Of a stretch of 64,000 nt of DNA, positions 24,961-37,909 are shown piece after piece. The DNA is from Oopsacas minuta (taxonomy: Eukaryota; Animalia; Porifera): positions 801,029 to 865,028 of the forward strand of contig JAKMXF010000088.1 of NCBI GenBank assembly GCA_024704765.1, read 5' to 3'. Position 1 is the stretch's first letter. Each line of letters starts with the position of its first letter. The notes under the pieces were generated by a model. The model had not been told where the DNA came from. It made no database searches and was given only the letters and a program-made list of their open reading frames with translations. Both the position numbers and the translations under genes were made by a program.

Positions 24961-26893
24961 ATGAAAGCATTCTTATTGTCTATAATGGTTGCTATGTGTA
25001 TAGCAGAGGAGTGCACTACTCCTCTATTTCGTGACGTAATATCACCGGATGCATCAAAGACTCGCTTTACACTAGATAACATTGGAGATATAGGATTTGT
25101 AACAGGACTACCTGTGATTAACAGTACTCACCCGTTAGTTATACGTATACGAGAGTTTACTACAGCTATATTGCTGCTTGCTGGGAGAGATAACTACTCT
25201 CCTCATTACTGGATAACAGCTGTAGATCTACAGCAGGGAGCTGCTGGGGTTAACTGTGATAGTAGTGGAGTAATAGAGGAAATGAGTTTAGAGTTTAAAG
25301 AGGCTTATGGGTACACAGCTCTGGACACACCCTTTAGAGAGGGGATAGACGCTACGAACAGTAATCCTACTCTTAACCTCAAGAAGATAGGGGGTTACTC
25401 AGGGGGGAGAGTAGTTAGACTCAGATTCCAACCCGTGGGAATAGACGGAATACGAATTAAGGTAACTTATAACTTATCCATGGTTCTAATAATATAATAA
25501 TATGTCTGCAGGTTCTGAGTATCGACCCACTGACTAGCAGTATAACTACAGAAGTATGTCTGAGAATAGAGGTGTACGGATGTGAGAAGACTAGTAACAG
25601 TCCTCCTGCAATATACAGCAGTCCCTTGTACCAATATAACTTGATAGAACCATCAGCTAACTCATATACAGATCCAACTTATACAGGAATAAGGTCAGGA
25701 GGATATCTGTCAGGGGGAGAGGGGATATTAACTGATGACGTAATAGGTATGCTGTATTAAATACCTGTGTGTATATATGGTTACTATGGTGTGTTAGGTA
25801 GGAATGCAGAGGATTATCCAAGGGAATGGCTGGGGTGGCAGAGAGAATATAGCAGTGAGATAGACGTGTTGTTTCTGTTTAGGAAAACACAACAAATAAA
25901 CAGAATTAATATATACTATTGGGAAGATAGCACAGCTGATATAGGAACAGCTGAGTACAGAGATCAAGACAATAATATTATTAATTTCGATAACACAAAC
26001 AAGTCAACAATAACAAATCATATAAGACTACTGAGTTGTTACAGAGATACGGAAACGTTAGTTAGTTATGTAAAACTGATGATATCCTATGCTACGGACA
26101 AGAATACAGTGATAATCACAGAAGTACAAATTGTGCGAGAGAGAGATGGATACTCTAGCAACGTAATTACAGGAAGGAATGTGATAGAGCTGAATTACAC
26201 ACAAACAACCGTATCCAATTATAACACAACAAAATCACCAAATAGGACAACAGAGATTGCAACAATACCAAAGAATACTACCATATTTATGTCAACAAAT
26301 AGAACAACAAATAGAACAACAAATAGGACAACAAATACAACAACAAATAGGACAACAAATACAACAACAAATAGGACAACAAATACAACAAGTAAGACAA
26401 CAACAACAATATTTAACACTTCATATTCTACTGATATAACCACCTCCATTACGTCATCACATACTACAGCTAGTCCATCTCCTACACAACTCAGTAATCT
26501 TATATTAGTTACAGCTATATCCAGCTGTTTGGTACTCTCTGTATGTACTAATGGTATTTTACTGGTACTGCTAGGGGTATGTTGCTGGAGGTATTTGAGT
26601 AGGAGAGGGTCCCTGATCGTACAGGGGAGAGAGTACATACCTGAGGACGAGGGTACCTACCTACCTATGAGCTCATTGGAGCTACCCAGCTATCTTAATA
26701 TACTAGACACAGATAAACAACAACAAACACCTGACACACCGGATAACCACTACTACTCAAGGCTAGATGTAAGTTCTGTACATTCCTTATACAGTATGTG
26801 GTTGCTAGGGATATTATCTATTTATTCATGTAGGCTTTCAAGGAGAAAGATAGTCCTGGAGATTTCAGGAAATATTACCAATTCAGGAGCTAG
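24961..26893 (+). CDS. DDR-like receptor C: ectodomain, N-glycan sequon stalk, TM, Tyr-motif tail; no kinase
   Basis: Signal peptide; [10 protein letters not shown]; EWLGW..EIDVLFLFRK; (NRTT/NTTT)n stalk; TM; YLPM-x7-YLNI; last exon AFKEKDSPGDFRKYYQFRS* ending at 26893. Confidence 0.8.
26290..26400 (+). repeat. Coding 12/24-bp tandem repeat encoding NRTT/NTTT
   Basis: aataggacaacaaatacaacaaca units inside DDR-C. Confidence 0.85.
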
Positions 26894-27244
26894 TCAGCTG
26901 ATTGTATTTTACGTTAATTATGCAATAACCATAATATTATGTGCTATAAAGGCTCTACAAATACCTGAAGCTTTATGTAATCAATATTGCGAAATAATCA
27001 ATAAATATACAATAAATATTAAGTAATATTATAGCAATCAGCAATTATAAATATCAAAATAATAATTATGGAGAATAATTATGGAGAATAATCCCAGAGA
27101 CCAGTAGCTCCACCTATGGGGTGGCATATGTAGACCTGGCTCGTGTATCTCTCTGTGTATATATAAGAGTATTCATGATATACATACGTAGTATAGAGTT
27201 AATTTATGCATCATAACTAATAAGTAAATTTGCATTAATTAGAT

Positions 27245-28711
27245 ATGAAAATGAACATTATATGCGTGTTGATATTCTTGGTGATGAGCATAGCAACCAG
27301 CAGAGCTCAGGAATGCAACACTCCGCTATTAAGAAACGAGGTGAGTGCAGACAGCGGTAGGACGAATACCTTGTTGAGTGGCCTAGGAGACAGCAGCGGT
27401 TTTGTAACAGGATTACCCCTGTTGGACAGCGTGGACCCTTTGACAATCAGGACAACTGGTGATATATTCACAGCCCCGCATTTTATAATAATTCCTAAAG
27501 ACAATTTCTCTCCTCACTACTGGATTACTGCAGTAGAGATACAGCAAGGACCTGCAGGAGTATACTGCACTAGTTCAGCTGTTATAACGGATATTGTGTT
27601 TGAAGTTAAGGAAGCTACTGGCTACACAGCTGTAAGTACTTCCTTTAATGCAGGGATACAAGCAAGGAATAGCGCACCGTATTATAACTGGCAGAGGTTT
27701 GGAGCAAATAACGGGGATGGACAGACCCTGAGATTCAACTTTAATCCAATCGGAGGAGACGGATTGAGATTTGAAGTGAGTTATTTATAATACATATGTG
27801 ACATTCCATATTAATTAACCTGTTGTTAGGTTCTGAGTATCGACCCACTGACTAGCAGTATAACTACGGAAGTATGTCTGAGAATAGAGGTGTACGGATG
27901 TGAGAAGACTAGTAACAGTCCTCCTGCAATATATAGCAGTCCCTTGTACCAATATAACCTGATAGAACCATCAGCTGACTCACATACAGATCCTACTTAC
28001 ACAGGAATAAGGTCAGGAGGATATCTGTCAGGGGGAGAGGGGATATTAACTGATGGGACTGTTGGTAAGTAATTGTAATCATGAGTTGTATAACTATTCT
28101 ATTAACTATCCTATCTACAGGAGGAGATACAGGTAATGCACCGACAGAATGGGTAGGTTGGAATAAATCGAGTACTCCTCAGATAGAAGTATTAATGCTG
28201 CTAATTAATCCGCATCAATACAAGCGTATAAACGTGTTATACTGGCTAGACAGTGCTAACGGTATAGGAGCACCTGCTGACATAGTGTTACTGGATCATA
28301 AAGACATTACACTAGACTTTACACCGGAAGACATCAGTATTAGCGCTAATGTAAAATCCAAAAGCTTTATCCGAACAAACACAGTGCTCACTAGCTATGT
28401 GAAGATACTACTAGAGTATGAAACTGGTGTAAATACTATCTTATTGACTGAGATAGAGATTGTAACAGAGGAGGGGGTTAACGTGCTTACAGGTCTTAAT
28501 GCTAGTATTATTACTTCACCTACTCGACCTCCTACTACGACAACACCTATACTGACAACAACAACAACAAATACTCCTACAACACCTGTAACCTCAACCA
28601 CTACACAAACAACAACAACAGTATCGCCAACTACAACTTCAAGCTCTACTAACACGCCTGCTGTAACAACACCAACACCATCAACATCAACATCAACATC
28701 AACATCAACAT

Positions 28712-28755
<44 letters not shown>

Positions 28756-30823
28756 CCTACAATCGCTACTACAATGACAGATACAACCATATTTAGCCAA
28801 ACTACTAATGAATCAATAGCTAGTACATTTACTAGTGACGTCACAGGATCAGCACCATCCGATGGAGGAATAAAACAAGAGTTAATAATAGGACTAATAT
28901 TCGTGATAATAATAATAATAATAATCGTCATAATAGTTATCATACTGGTGTCAGTATTTTACTACATGAAGAGCAAGAGCAAGGGACTAGGAGATCTCAA
29001 TTGTACCAGCACAGGAGGATTGTTTAAGAAGGATGTAGAGAGAGGTAGTGGAGGAATAAAGAGTAAATTCCAGAAATATAACTTTATAAAAGCACGGAGG
29101 ACAGAGTACGAGCCTGTTCCTGAAAAGTTAGACATATCACCACCATTCCATAAGTTCGAACTTACAGAAGAGATGTCCTCTGCTGATAAAGATAGCTTCA
29201 CTGACGCTAATGAAGATCTCAACATATACGCACCTGTATCCGTTAGTTAATTAATTACTTATCATAGCAGATAATATTTTCGTTATTTCTATAGGAAATA
29301 AGTGGCATATATGCTACTGTGAATAAAGGGAAGAAGGATAAGATATACGAAGAACCTCTATTCGACCTCTCCCTCCCCTCAACCCCCCTGGACGGCGACC
29401 AGTCAGAGGGACATGGGCTACAACCCCTGAGTAGCATTTACGAGGTGCCGGATCTCCTGTCTAAGGAGGAGGGACCTATCACTCTCACATGGAAGGACAT
29501 AGAAGAGGTAATATTAACGCGAGTGATTATTAATTATAAAGTAATTTGATAGATTAAAAGTCCAAGTAATCTTACAATAAGTATTAGGCGGGCATACGCA
29601 TGCACGAGACAATTACAGAGTTCATTAAAGGCAGACTTAAGTAATTTGAGAGTATCTTTAAAGTTATGCACCTGGTGTTATATTAAATTTTAATAGCCTA
29701 ATTAGGAATATGTAATTATTCAGTTTCAATAATAGATAATAACTTGTGACAAATATATTGCTTGTATACACAAATAATAATTAATAATAAGAATAACCTT
29801 AGTAGAATTTGATACATGTGGGGTGTACTCTTGTAGAGAGATAAACTTGGCAACGGACAGTTCGGAGAGGTATGTCTGGCATCACTCATCAATTACTCAG
29901 CCAAAGAGCTAGGGTTAGGAGCATCGGAGAAGAAAGGAGTAGAGATAGCGGTCAAGAAACTGCCCGCTAATTCTACCCAGCAAAGCAAGGACAACTTCAG
30001 TAACGAGATAAAATTCATGGCTCGATTGAACCATCCTAACGTTATAAAGCTGATAGGTGTGTGTCTTAATGATTTAGCACTAGGAAGGTGTATAGCTATG
30101 GAGTACATGATTAACGGAGACCTGGCTCAGTTCCTGAAAGAATCTGACTATGTAGACAGCATAGGAGCTAATCTAAGAATACAAGAGGTATGCTACTCTA
30201 TTTGTTGTATAGTGTAGTGACATCATTATACTGTAGGTTAACCAAGACTGTATGGTATACATGGGTCAGCAGATAGCCTCAGGAATGGAGTATCTATCTA
30301 ATAGGAATTACATACACAGAGATCTGTCAGCTAGGAATTGTCTGGTGGGAAGTAACTATACTGTTAAGGTAGCAGACTTTGGAATGAGTCAGAATTTGTA
30401 TTCTGGCGAATACTTTAAGATTACTGGCAGAGCTACACTACCCATAAGGTAACTATACCATCGTGTTAATGGCATGTGATAATTATCATTGTATTGTATA
30501 GGTGGATGTCTAATGAAAGTTTCTACGGTAAGTTCACTATAAAGACAGATGTGTGGGCGTTTGGAGTTACACTTTGGGAAATATTCACTAAGTGCGAGAA
30601 GAAGCCTTATGAAGGTATGTCCGACCACGAGCTGATTCAAGACGTACTAGCTAATAAGCTGAATAGGATCAAATTAGATAGGCCTGACTATGCGTCGGAG
30701 GAGGGATGGGAACTAATCACCCGCTGTACTCAGATGGACCCAGACAACAGACCAACATTTGATGTTATTAGAAGGGAGTTGGAGGATATGTGCAAGTTCC
30801 AGATCGAAGAGATCAAAATTTGA
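27245..30823 (+). CDS. DDR: DDR-like receptor tyrosine kinase D (full length)
   Basis: Signal peptide; [10 protein letters not shown]; EWVGW; long Thr/Ser stalk; [32 protein letters not shown]. Kinase motifs [33 protein letters not shown] and [15 protein letters not shown]. Confidence 0.92.
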
Positions 30824-31206
30824 ATTCTATTTTAATCTTACAATGTAAATATATGTAGTATAGTGTATATCTTGTAAATCATACTATTCCCTACATGATA
30901 TGATATACAGAAGGTTATAGAAATGAAAGTATAATATTAATTATAAAACTACTGACAAAACAGTCGCATGTAATTCATGGAAACAGGATTTGCCATGAAG
31001 GAGAGAATTTAATATTATCATATTGGAAGGATAGCTATAATAAAACGTGTAAGGAAGTTAGATTAAAAATAGCAACGTAAGAATATTCGTTATAAATTTA
31101 CCTGAATACTGAGAGGAGATTGTGTGTGTTGATTGAGATAACACTGGTATATGTTGGAGGCATAAGGATGAGGGTATAAATAGTCAAGTTTGTAAGTTAT
31201 GAGCAA

Positions 31207-33290
31207 ATGATGCGAATAATATGTTTATTACTGATCTCTGTTGTATCTGTGTACACACAGAACAACATCAGAATACTTAGAGACGTTATTGCTCCTGATG
31301 ACGTAAGGACTGCTAACCTTTTTAGTATGCTAGGCATTAACGCTAGTCAGTCAGAGCTAGAAGGTATACCTTATATTAACAGCGATATACAATGGTTGGT
31401 ACATCTTGAAGAAACTGGGATAGGTTTTAATCCTAGATTCGTGTTGGAACTGTTTAATACTGAAGAATCTCCACATTACCAAATAATAGCGATAGAAATT
31501 ATGAGTAGCATTTATGACGGTGCGTGCGGACTGGAGGAAGACGATCTAGCTATGATATCTAGGCTAGAAGTACAGATAGGATATGATGACGTATTCAGGT
31601 GAATAATATATAAACATAACATATTATGAATTGAGTAATTGAATTAGTTTATGTATTTTAGTGACGTCAATACTACGAGCTACCTAACAGAAGGATTCTT
31701 GGATATGGAGCTCCTGGGTCTGACTGATACAAACAATTATATAAGATTTAGGATACCACCGATGAATGGAGATGAAATCAGATTTGTAGTAAGCTTTCAT
31801 TAATATTTTGCATAACAATACTGTGTTATCGTTGCTATGTAGCTAGAGGATACTAATCCCAGTTTCCAGGCAGGCTCCACCAACCTCTGTTTGCAATTTG
31901 AATTTATAGGCCTAGATTTGAATGCCGGGACTGAGCTACCCCCGGGACCTCTCAGTCTCTTGCAATACAATATGCAGGAGCCTACGTTCTCATACACGAT
32001 GATAGATCCGTATGATGACGTCATGTATAACGGAGCTAGAGAGATGCTGTATACTGGAGCAAGAGGCAAACTGACTGACGGAATAATCGGTAAGTACACT
32101 GGAATATTTTTAGATAAGATAATTTAAATCTTGTACAATCAGGCACAGATCCAGATGTAGTGGAAGAATGGGTAGGATTTGATGATTTGGCTGGCCTGCA
32201 GTTATTCTTCGATGAGATTTATTCTGTGAAGGAAATCAGAGTATACTACTGGAGCGATGAAGTGAACGGAGCAGCAGAGCCCATGGGAGATGCTAGAAAC
32301 AGGGATGGAAATAGGATAATGAGGTTTCAATTCACTACGTATGTGTACGATGCTAGTGTACCACAATTAATGGTTTATGCTGGAGAAGCGGATAGCCCGG
32401 TAGATTTGGATTATGTTCTGCTGCGGTTACGAACACCTGAAGCTTCTGTGTTAATCTCAGAAGTATCAGTTCTACGGGAGGATGCTGCAGGTAGGCTAGT
32501 TGATGTTTCTACTGGATTTACACAGAGTCGAATCTCTTTTGTACCCGAAATATCAGCTGATTCGGCAACTACGATGACTAGTACTAACACAAGGTTACCC
32601 CCTAGTCCACAAGTTACTCTTATATCCTCTGCGGTAATATATGGAGCTATAGGGATTGTCAGCTGTTTGTTCTTAGTGATTGCATCAATGTGCATAATAT
32701 TCGTAATTATATTTTGTGTAATTAGAACACGCGTTAAGAAGGAAATTATCCGTATACAGGTACAGCACTCTCCGGTTAGAAGAAAATCCTCTAGCAGATA
32801 CGAAGGGTTGACACTGAATGGAGAGGGTAACTACGCTGAGGTTGAGAATGTGTACGCACAGGTAGACAGGACTCTACCCCTCCCTCCCATACCAGGAGAG
32901 GAGACCAAATCCAAACAACTGGTAAAGGATGACTCTTATATTGAGATGGAAAGATCGCCATCTTACAAAACTAATGCAAACGGACTGAAGATAGACACCC
33001 GTCAGACTAGCAAGCTAGTCACTATGAGAACTCTATCAGAGGACGATTACGCACCAGTAACACCCCCCTCTGCCTCTATCGATGCGAAAGGACCCCCTAA
33101 GAGAGTGCTCTCCGACCCATACGTAGTAGTTACCCCTCCTCCAGCTTCTAATGAATTCAAACTAACTGGAATAGAGGAGAACCAGGAACCTGTGGATGCT
33201 GACAGGCAGAATCCTTCCCTAGCGCATGGAATTCCATCAATATCGAATGAGTATACACCCATGGGAACTAAAGATTCTCCAGTTATGTAA
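31207..33290 (+). CDS. DDR-like receptor E: ectodomain, TM, long Tyr-motif tail; no kinase
   Basis: Signal peptide; LCLQFEFIG; YNGAREMLYTGARGKLTDGIIG; EEWVGF; TM; tail SRYEGL-x7-YAEV, YAQV, YIEM, YAPV, YVVV, YTPM. The ORF stops at 33290 and the next gene is convergent. Confidence 0.78.
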
Positions 33291-33467
33291 ATACATGAAT
33301 TATAACATTAGTAAGAGAATGTATTAGAAACAAACATACACACAAAGTCAATAATAATAAAAGCTAACTGAATGAGAATATACAAAGAACAAAACTATAG
33401 ATATTTACTAGCTAAAACGCTAGTGAATAGCTCTACTATAGAGAAATATCCTTACAGACTAAATATG

Positions 33468-34685
33468 TTACAACAGAGCATTAATAAGCTCAGTGAATGA
33501 CGTCACATACCATGGAGATAAGTCCTTAACCTTCTGTCTCATCACGTTACCTCCAAAGCCTATGAACACGTCAGCTGGGGGGAACGCCTCGTAGTCAGTG
33601 TACCCGTCTCCTATCATGGTTAGAGTATTGTATTGCCCTTCTGTCTTTATGCGTTGTATTACTAGTCCCTTACCGCCTGTCTGACTGGTAGGCTGATTAA
33701 AATCGAAGGTATTATAATCACCTAAATGATTAAGTCATTATTATCCGTAGTACTAATGAGTATTGTTAGTATTCATGGTATGGTAGCTAACCTGTATCAT
33801 CGAATAGTATAGAGTTTGCAAACACTCGATCAGCAGGGATTGACAGCTGATCAGCCGCGGGACCTATTATCTCTCTGAAGCCTCCAGACACTAGATACAC
33901 GTCTGTACCTCTGGAATGCAGACAGGCGACCAGCTCACGGATCCCCGGGGTGAGGCGGACTGGGTGAATAGAGATGAACTCCTCTAGCGATTTCTTGGAA
34001 GGACGAACCATCTGGAGACGAGTGCTCAAACTCTCTCTGAACCCAATTGTACCAACCATACCTAAATAGAATATTTTAGAACAAAGCGTGTGGGCTTGCG
34101 ACTAAGATTACTATTGAGTGATAGCCACGTCATATTGTAACATTATATGTTATTTTATTAGTGAAATACTTCAAAGTCATATATGTTGTGTAGTAACTAA
34201 TGCGCAATACAGTGTATACCTCCCTTGCTGAAAGTGTCCAGCTTAGGTAGTAGATAAGAGAATATACATCATAGTAATATTACGTAAATACAATGAACTT
34301 TCTACATAAAAAACAAAAGAATTCACGATTAAATGCCTTATGACCTTCTCAGTTGCTAGGGTAAAGTACTTATTCCAGGGATAATACCCTAATTAAGGTT
34401 GTATATTACACAATAAATAAAGCTACAATTAATAGGTTTACTTGTGAGATTGCTTGCTAATATGTCGTCATTAGTATGCGTATTATAAAATAGAAATATA
34501 CCTTTCTTGGTCCACCTCTTGACTTTGTCCCCCACGCCACAGAAGTCTGCAAGCTCGTCCAGTCCCTCGTCCTGACAGACCGTAGAGTCCACGTCGAAGC
34601 AAACACAGTCCGATACCGCCCACAGCTGTCGGGCCTCTTTTTCGCTCATATTTTGTTTTGAATTTTCTGTCGGAGTGGTGGCCAT
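33468..34685 (-). CDS. PSPH: Phosphoserine phosphatase (HAD family), 3 exons
   Basis: VCFDVDSTV, LTPGIRELV, LVSGGF, MIGDGYTD, FIGFGGNV and WYVTSFTELINALL*. Confidence 0.95.
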
Positions 34686-34932
34686 TTGGAAAAGATAGTA
34701 TTGAAATTAGCTAGAAAGTCTACACAGGAATTGTTCATTAGTTTTATAGTATCTGGTAGAAGACACACATGAGGATATCATGTCATAGCGTGATCAGTTA
34801 ATCATTATAGAATGTAATAATAGAACAGATAAAGTCATCAAATCATTAGTTGCATGACCTATTATGTAATTATCGTGTTTAATTAAGGAGATGATATTCT
34901 ACATTCAAAGTTTCCCAATTTAAATATTACAG

Positions 34933-36149
34933 TCATATTATCCCCCGGGATAACTTCTGGAGATGAGTCCCTGAACTGACGAGATAATACAATCCCTCGG
35001 TTCCTCAGAATATCAGATTTCTGTTCGTTAACTTCACGGAGGTAATGCCAGGCACTGGCTGTATCCTCTTCATCAATAATATATAACTAGAGGTTAATAT
35101 TGATATAAAGGTGTTAAAATATGATTAATCATAAATACCTGAGTACTGAAAGTTGATACCAACATAGGAATATATCCCGTAACAGAGCTCCAGTCTTCAT
35201 GGAAGAAATAAATCGGTTTTATATCAGTAGCAACAATCAATTGATTTGTATTAATTCTTTTGAATAAATCTTTTTGGAAACTAAATGAAAGATAAAACCA
35301 GAGATACTGCTTGCCTAGGGCTTCCTCCTCCTCTCCCGTTAGGGTACCGTCGTATAGCGCTAGCCACAGACTGGGAACATCTCCGTATTTGTTGTGATGT
35401 GTATGACAACTCTAGAGAAGAAGAGTAAATAAAAACAACAACAAATATATATATAATGCTTATACCTTGTATATGACTCTAGCAACGACAGAACATGTGA
35501 ACTCGCTGGGGGTTGGAGATAGAGATATTCTGCTGAGGGTCACAGGGAAGAATTCAAAATCCAAGAATTCTTTGATAAATAATTTTATTTTAATATTACC
35601 AGGCATAAAGTTCCATAAACTGGATATATCAAAACATTCTACTCGCGACGTCACGTGTGCTATAACCTCTGCTGGGGAGAGATGATGAGGATCAGAATTA
35701 TATTTGTCCTGTTGGTATACATCTTTAACTCTATAGCCCTTAATTACTAACAGTCTGCCCTCTTGCAGCCTGCTGTAGTTCCTTTTAATCACGGAGGATC
35801 CCCAGAAACTAACCCTAACCAAGTCAGAGGCATCCTTGACCCAAATGGCGAAGAAGCAAAAGTCAGAACTATTTCTCTTCTTGGTGAAGAATATCGGATG
35901 GAACTTCCGTGTTATAACACCTATTAGGAGGGCATCGGGCCGATAGGGCAGCGTAGTACCCAGCTGGGATCTGAGTATAGATATATTCTCCCGAGGAGAG
36001 GGACTGCTATTAATTAACTCAAAGCAAGTGATCGGGTCTGATACCGCCAGAGCGTCCGCACTTAATTTACTTTGCTGAGACATGAACTCATTCCAGGGCT
36101 CCAGGGGTCTAGGGGGAGGGGGGAAATGATTCTCGGTTTGGGTTGCCAT
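34933..36149 (-). CDS. OB-fold ssDNA-binding protein, RADX/RPA1-like, short form
   Basis: IWVKDASDLVRVSFWGSSVIKRNYSRLQEGRLLVIKGYRVKD fits an RPA1/RADX-type OB fold. A later exon reads SLWLALYDGT. One probable GC-AG donor near 35318. Downstream exons were read by eye. Confidence 0.55.
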
Positions 36150-37909
36150 TAACTAGTAACGAACTTAGAGTAATGGAATGTATAAACACAGGCCTATCAG
36201 GATAAATACTAATGAGTAGGTCTACGTAAATTAACACAATAAATGTTATCTAACAAATCAATAAACACTAAAAATAAGTTTTCATAATGCTGAGTATAAA
36301 TCCTCATTTACTAAGCAGGATATTACTATGACCATAATCCTGTATAATACGAGAAGAGGAAGCGGGACTAGTTGCCACTGGACAAGCACAATTGTAATTG
36401 AAAGGAAGTTAGAATGTGAATTAATAGAAAGTTAGACAATCAAATTACAATCTGTTAATGAATTGGGCAATTCTATATTCATTGTTTCGACTGCAAAACT
36501 ACTGAATCATACAATTAGCACCCACACTTTCATAGAACAAATATTGCAACAAAATATTTATTATGATAAACAAAATACCAAACAATAACAACAACAAGCA
36601 CTCTGGTAAATAATCTTATCCGTCAAATTGCTCTAATTAAATATTTTGAATAATAACAAATTAATAAATAAAAACATTTCGCTGATTAAGCAATTATTAA
36701 GACAAACATTTCTCTATTGGACGATAAATTAATTACTATTCACATTCCTTAACACGTTGCCATGGAGATTAATAAAAATCTTATTAGAGCTAGGGAGCCT
36801 GAAGTCATATCTAAAAGTGCTGGACGCCAGGAAGTAAGCAGATATTTGTGGTAGTGAGAGCCTCGGAATTGCTATATATAAGGAATATACTTTGTACATA
36901 CATGGCATTATTGATGGCAGTAAGTACATTTTAGTGAAATATATTTGTGAGTTTTACAGATAATGAATTATTTAACAGAGGATTAACATCGATGGTATAT
37001 TTGTAGAGACAATGTATTTGTCCACATTCCTAAGGAAGTACTTAGCAACTCATATTACAGAAATTTAGATGTTGCATATTCTAAAGGACGAAAGTTGCAA
37101 ATAATAATTGCAACAAGAACTGTACATTCCATTCCCTATCATCAATAGTTGTAGAATGGAATGTAGGGCACACTAAGCCATCTATACAAATAATCGATCA
37201 TGCAATCATCACTACATCTCCTTATTCTCTGATAATCCACGTAGCAGCGATTTGATATAATCTACTGAGATATTAGTAACAGTTACCAGGCAACAGAGCA
37301 AGAATGTAATTATTCATATTCATATCATTTAGGTGATTATATTTATGGAATTTAGTGACAAGTCACATTATAATGAAAAGTTAATAAATGCTATGAATAT
37401 ACACAGAATTAACCAAATTCGCTGGAAACATTTTTCCAATTCAGGAGTAAGGCAGTGTATAAAATCACAATACAGCTGGTAAAAAATATAAGGAAGTGAT
37501 CGTTATAATAAAGAATTGACTGTGAAATGAAGAATAACCAAATTAGCTACGCTCATAGCTCAGCTGCTGAATAGTATAATCATATTGCTACCAGCGGGGT
37601 GTAAGACCATTAGTATAACAGCTGATTAGAGCTGAATATTAGATTGTTAGGGGTATTAACCATTAACATAACCAGGCTATAGTCAGGAGGATTATGACAA
37701 TATCCAGCAAGGCATAGACACTTGTTACTAAGAATACTGAATACAGCTGTATATAGTAAGAAATAGCTGTACAGTATCCTACGTAACGAGCTAACCCTTA
37801 CCGTCCTGCTCAATAAAATACATACTCAATATACTCCAGTATTGTAAACAACTTGTTAGCGTTAGAGGAGTTCTTATATGACAAATAAACTTAAAATGAA
37901 TAACTGATA

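Noticed and set aside
36729-37813. ORFs 36729-36929 and 37610-37813
   Set aside because: Low-complexity intergenic DNA with no splice context or homology.
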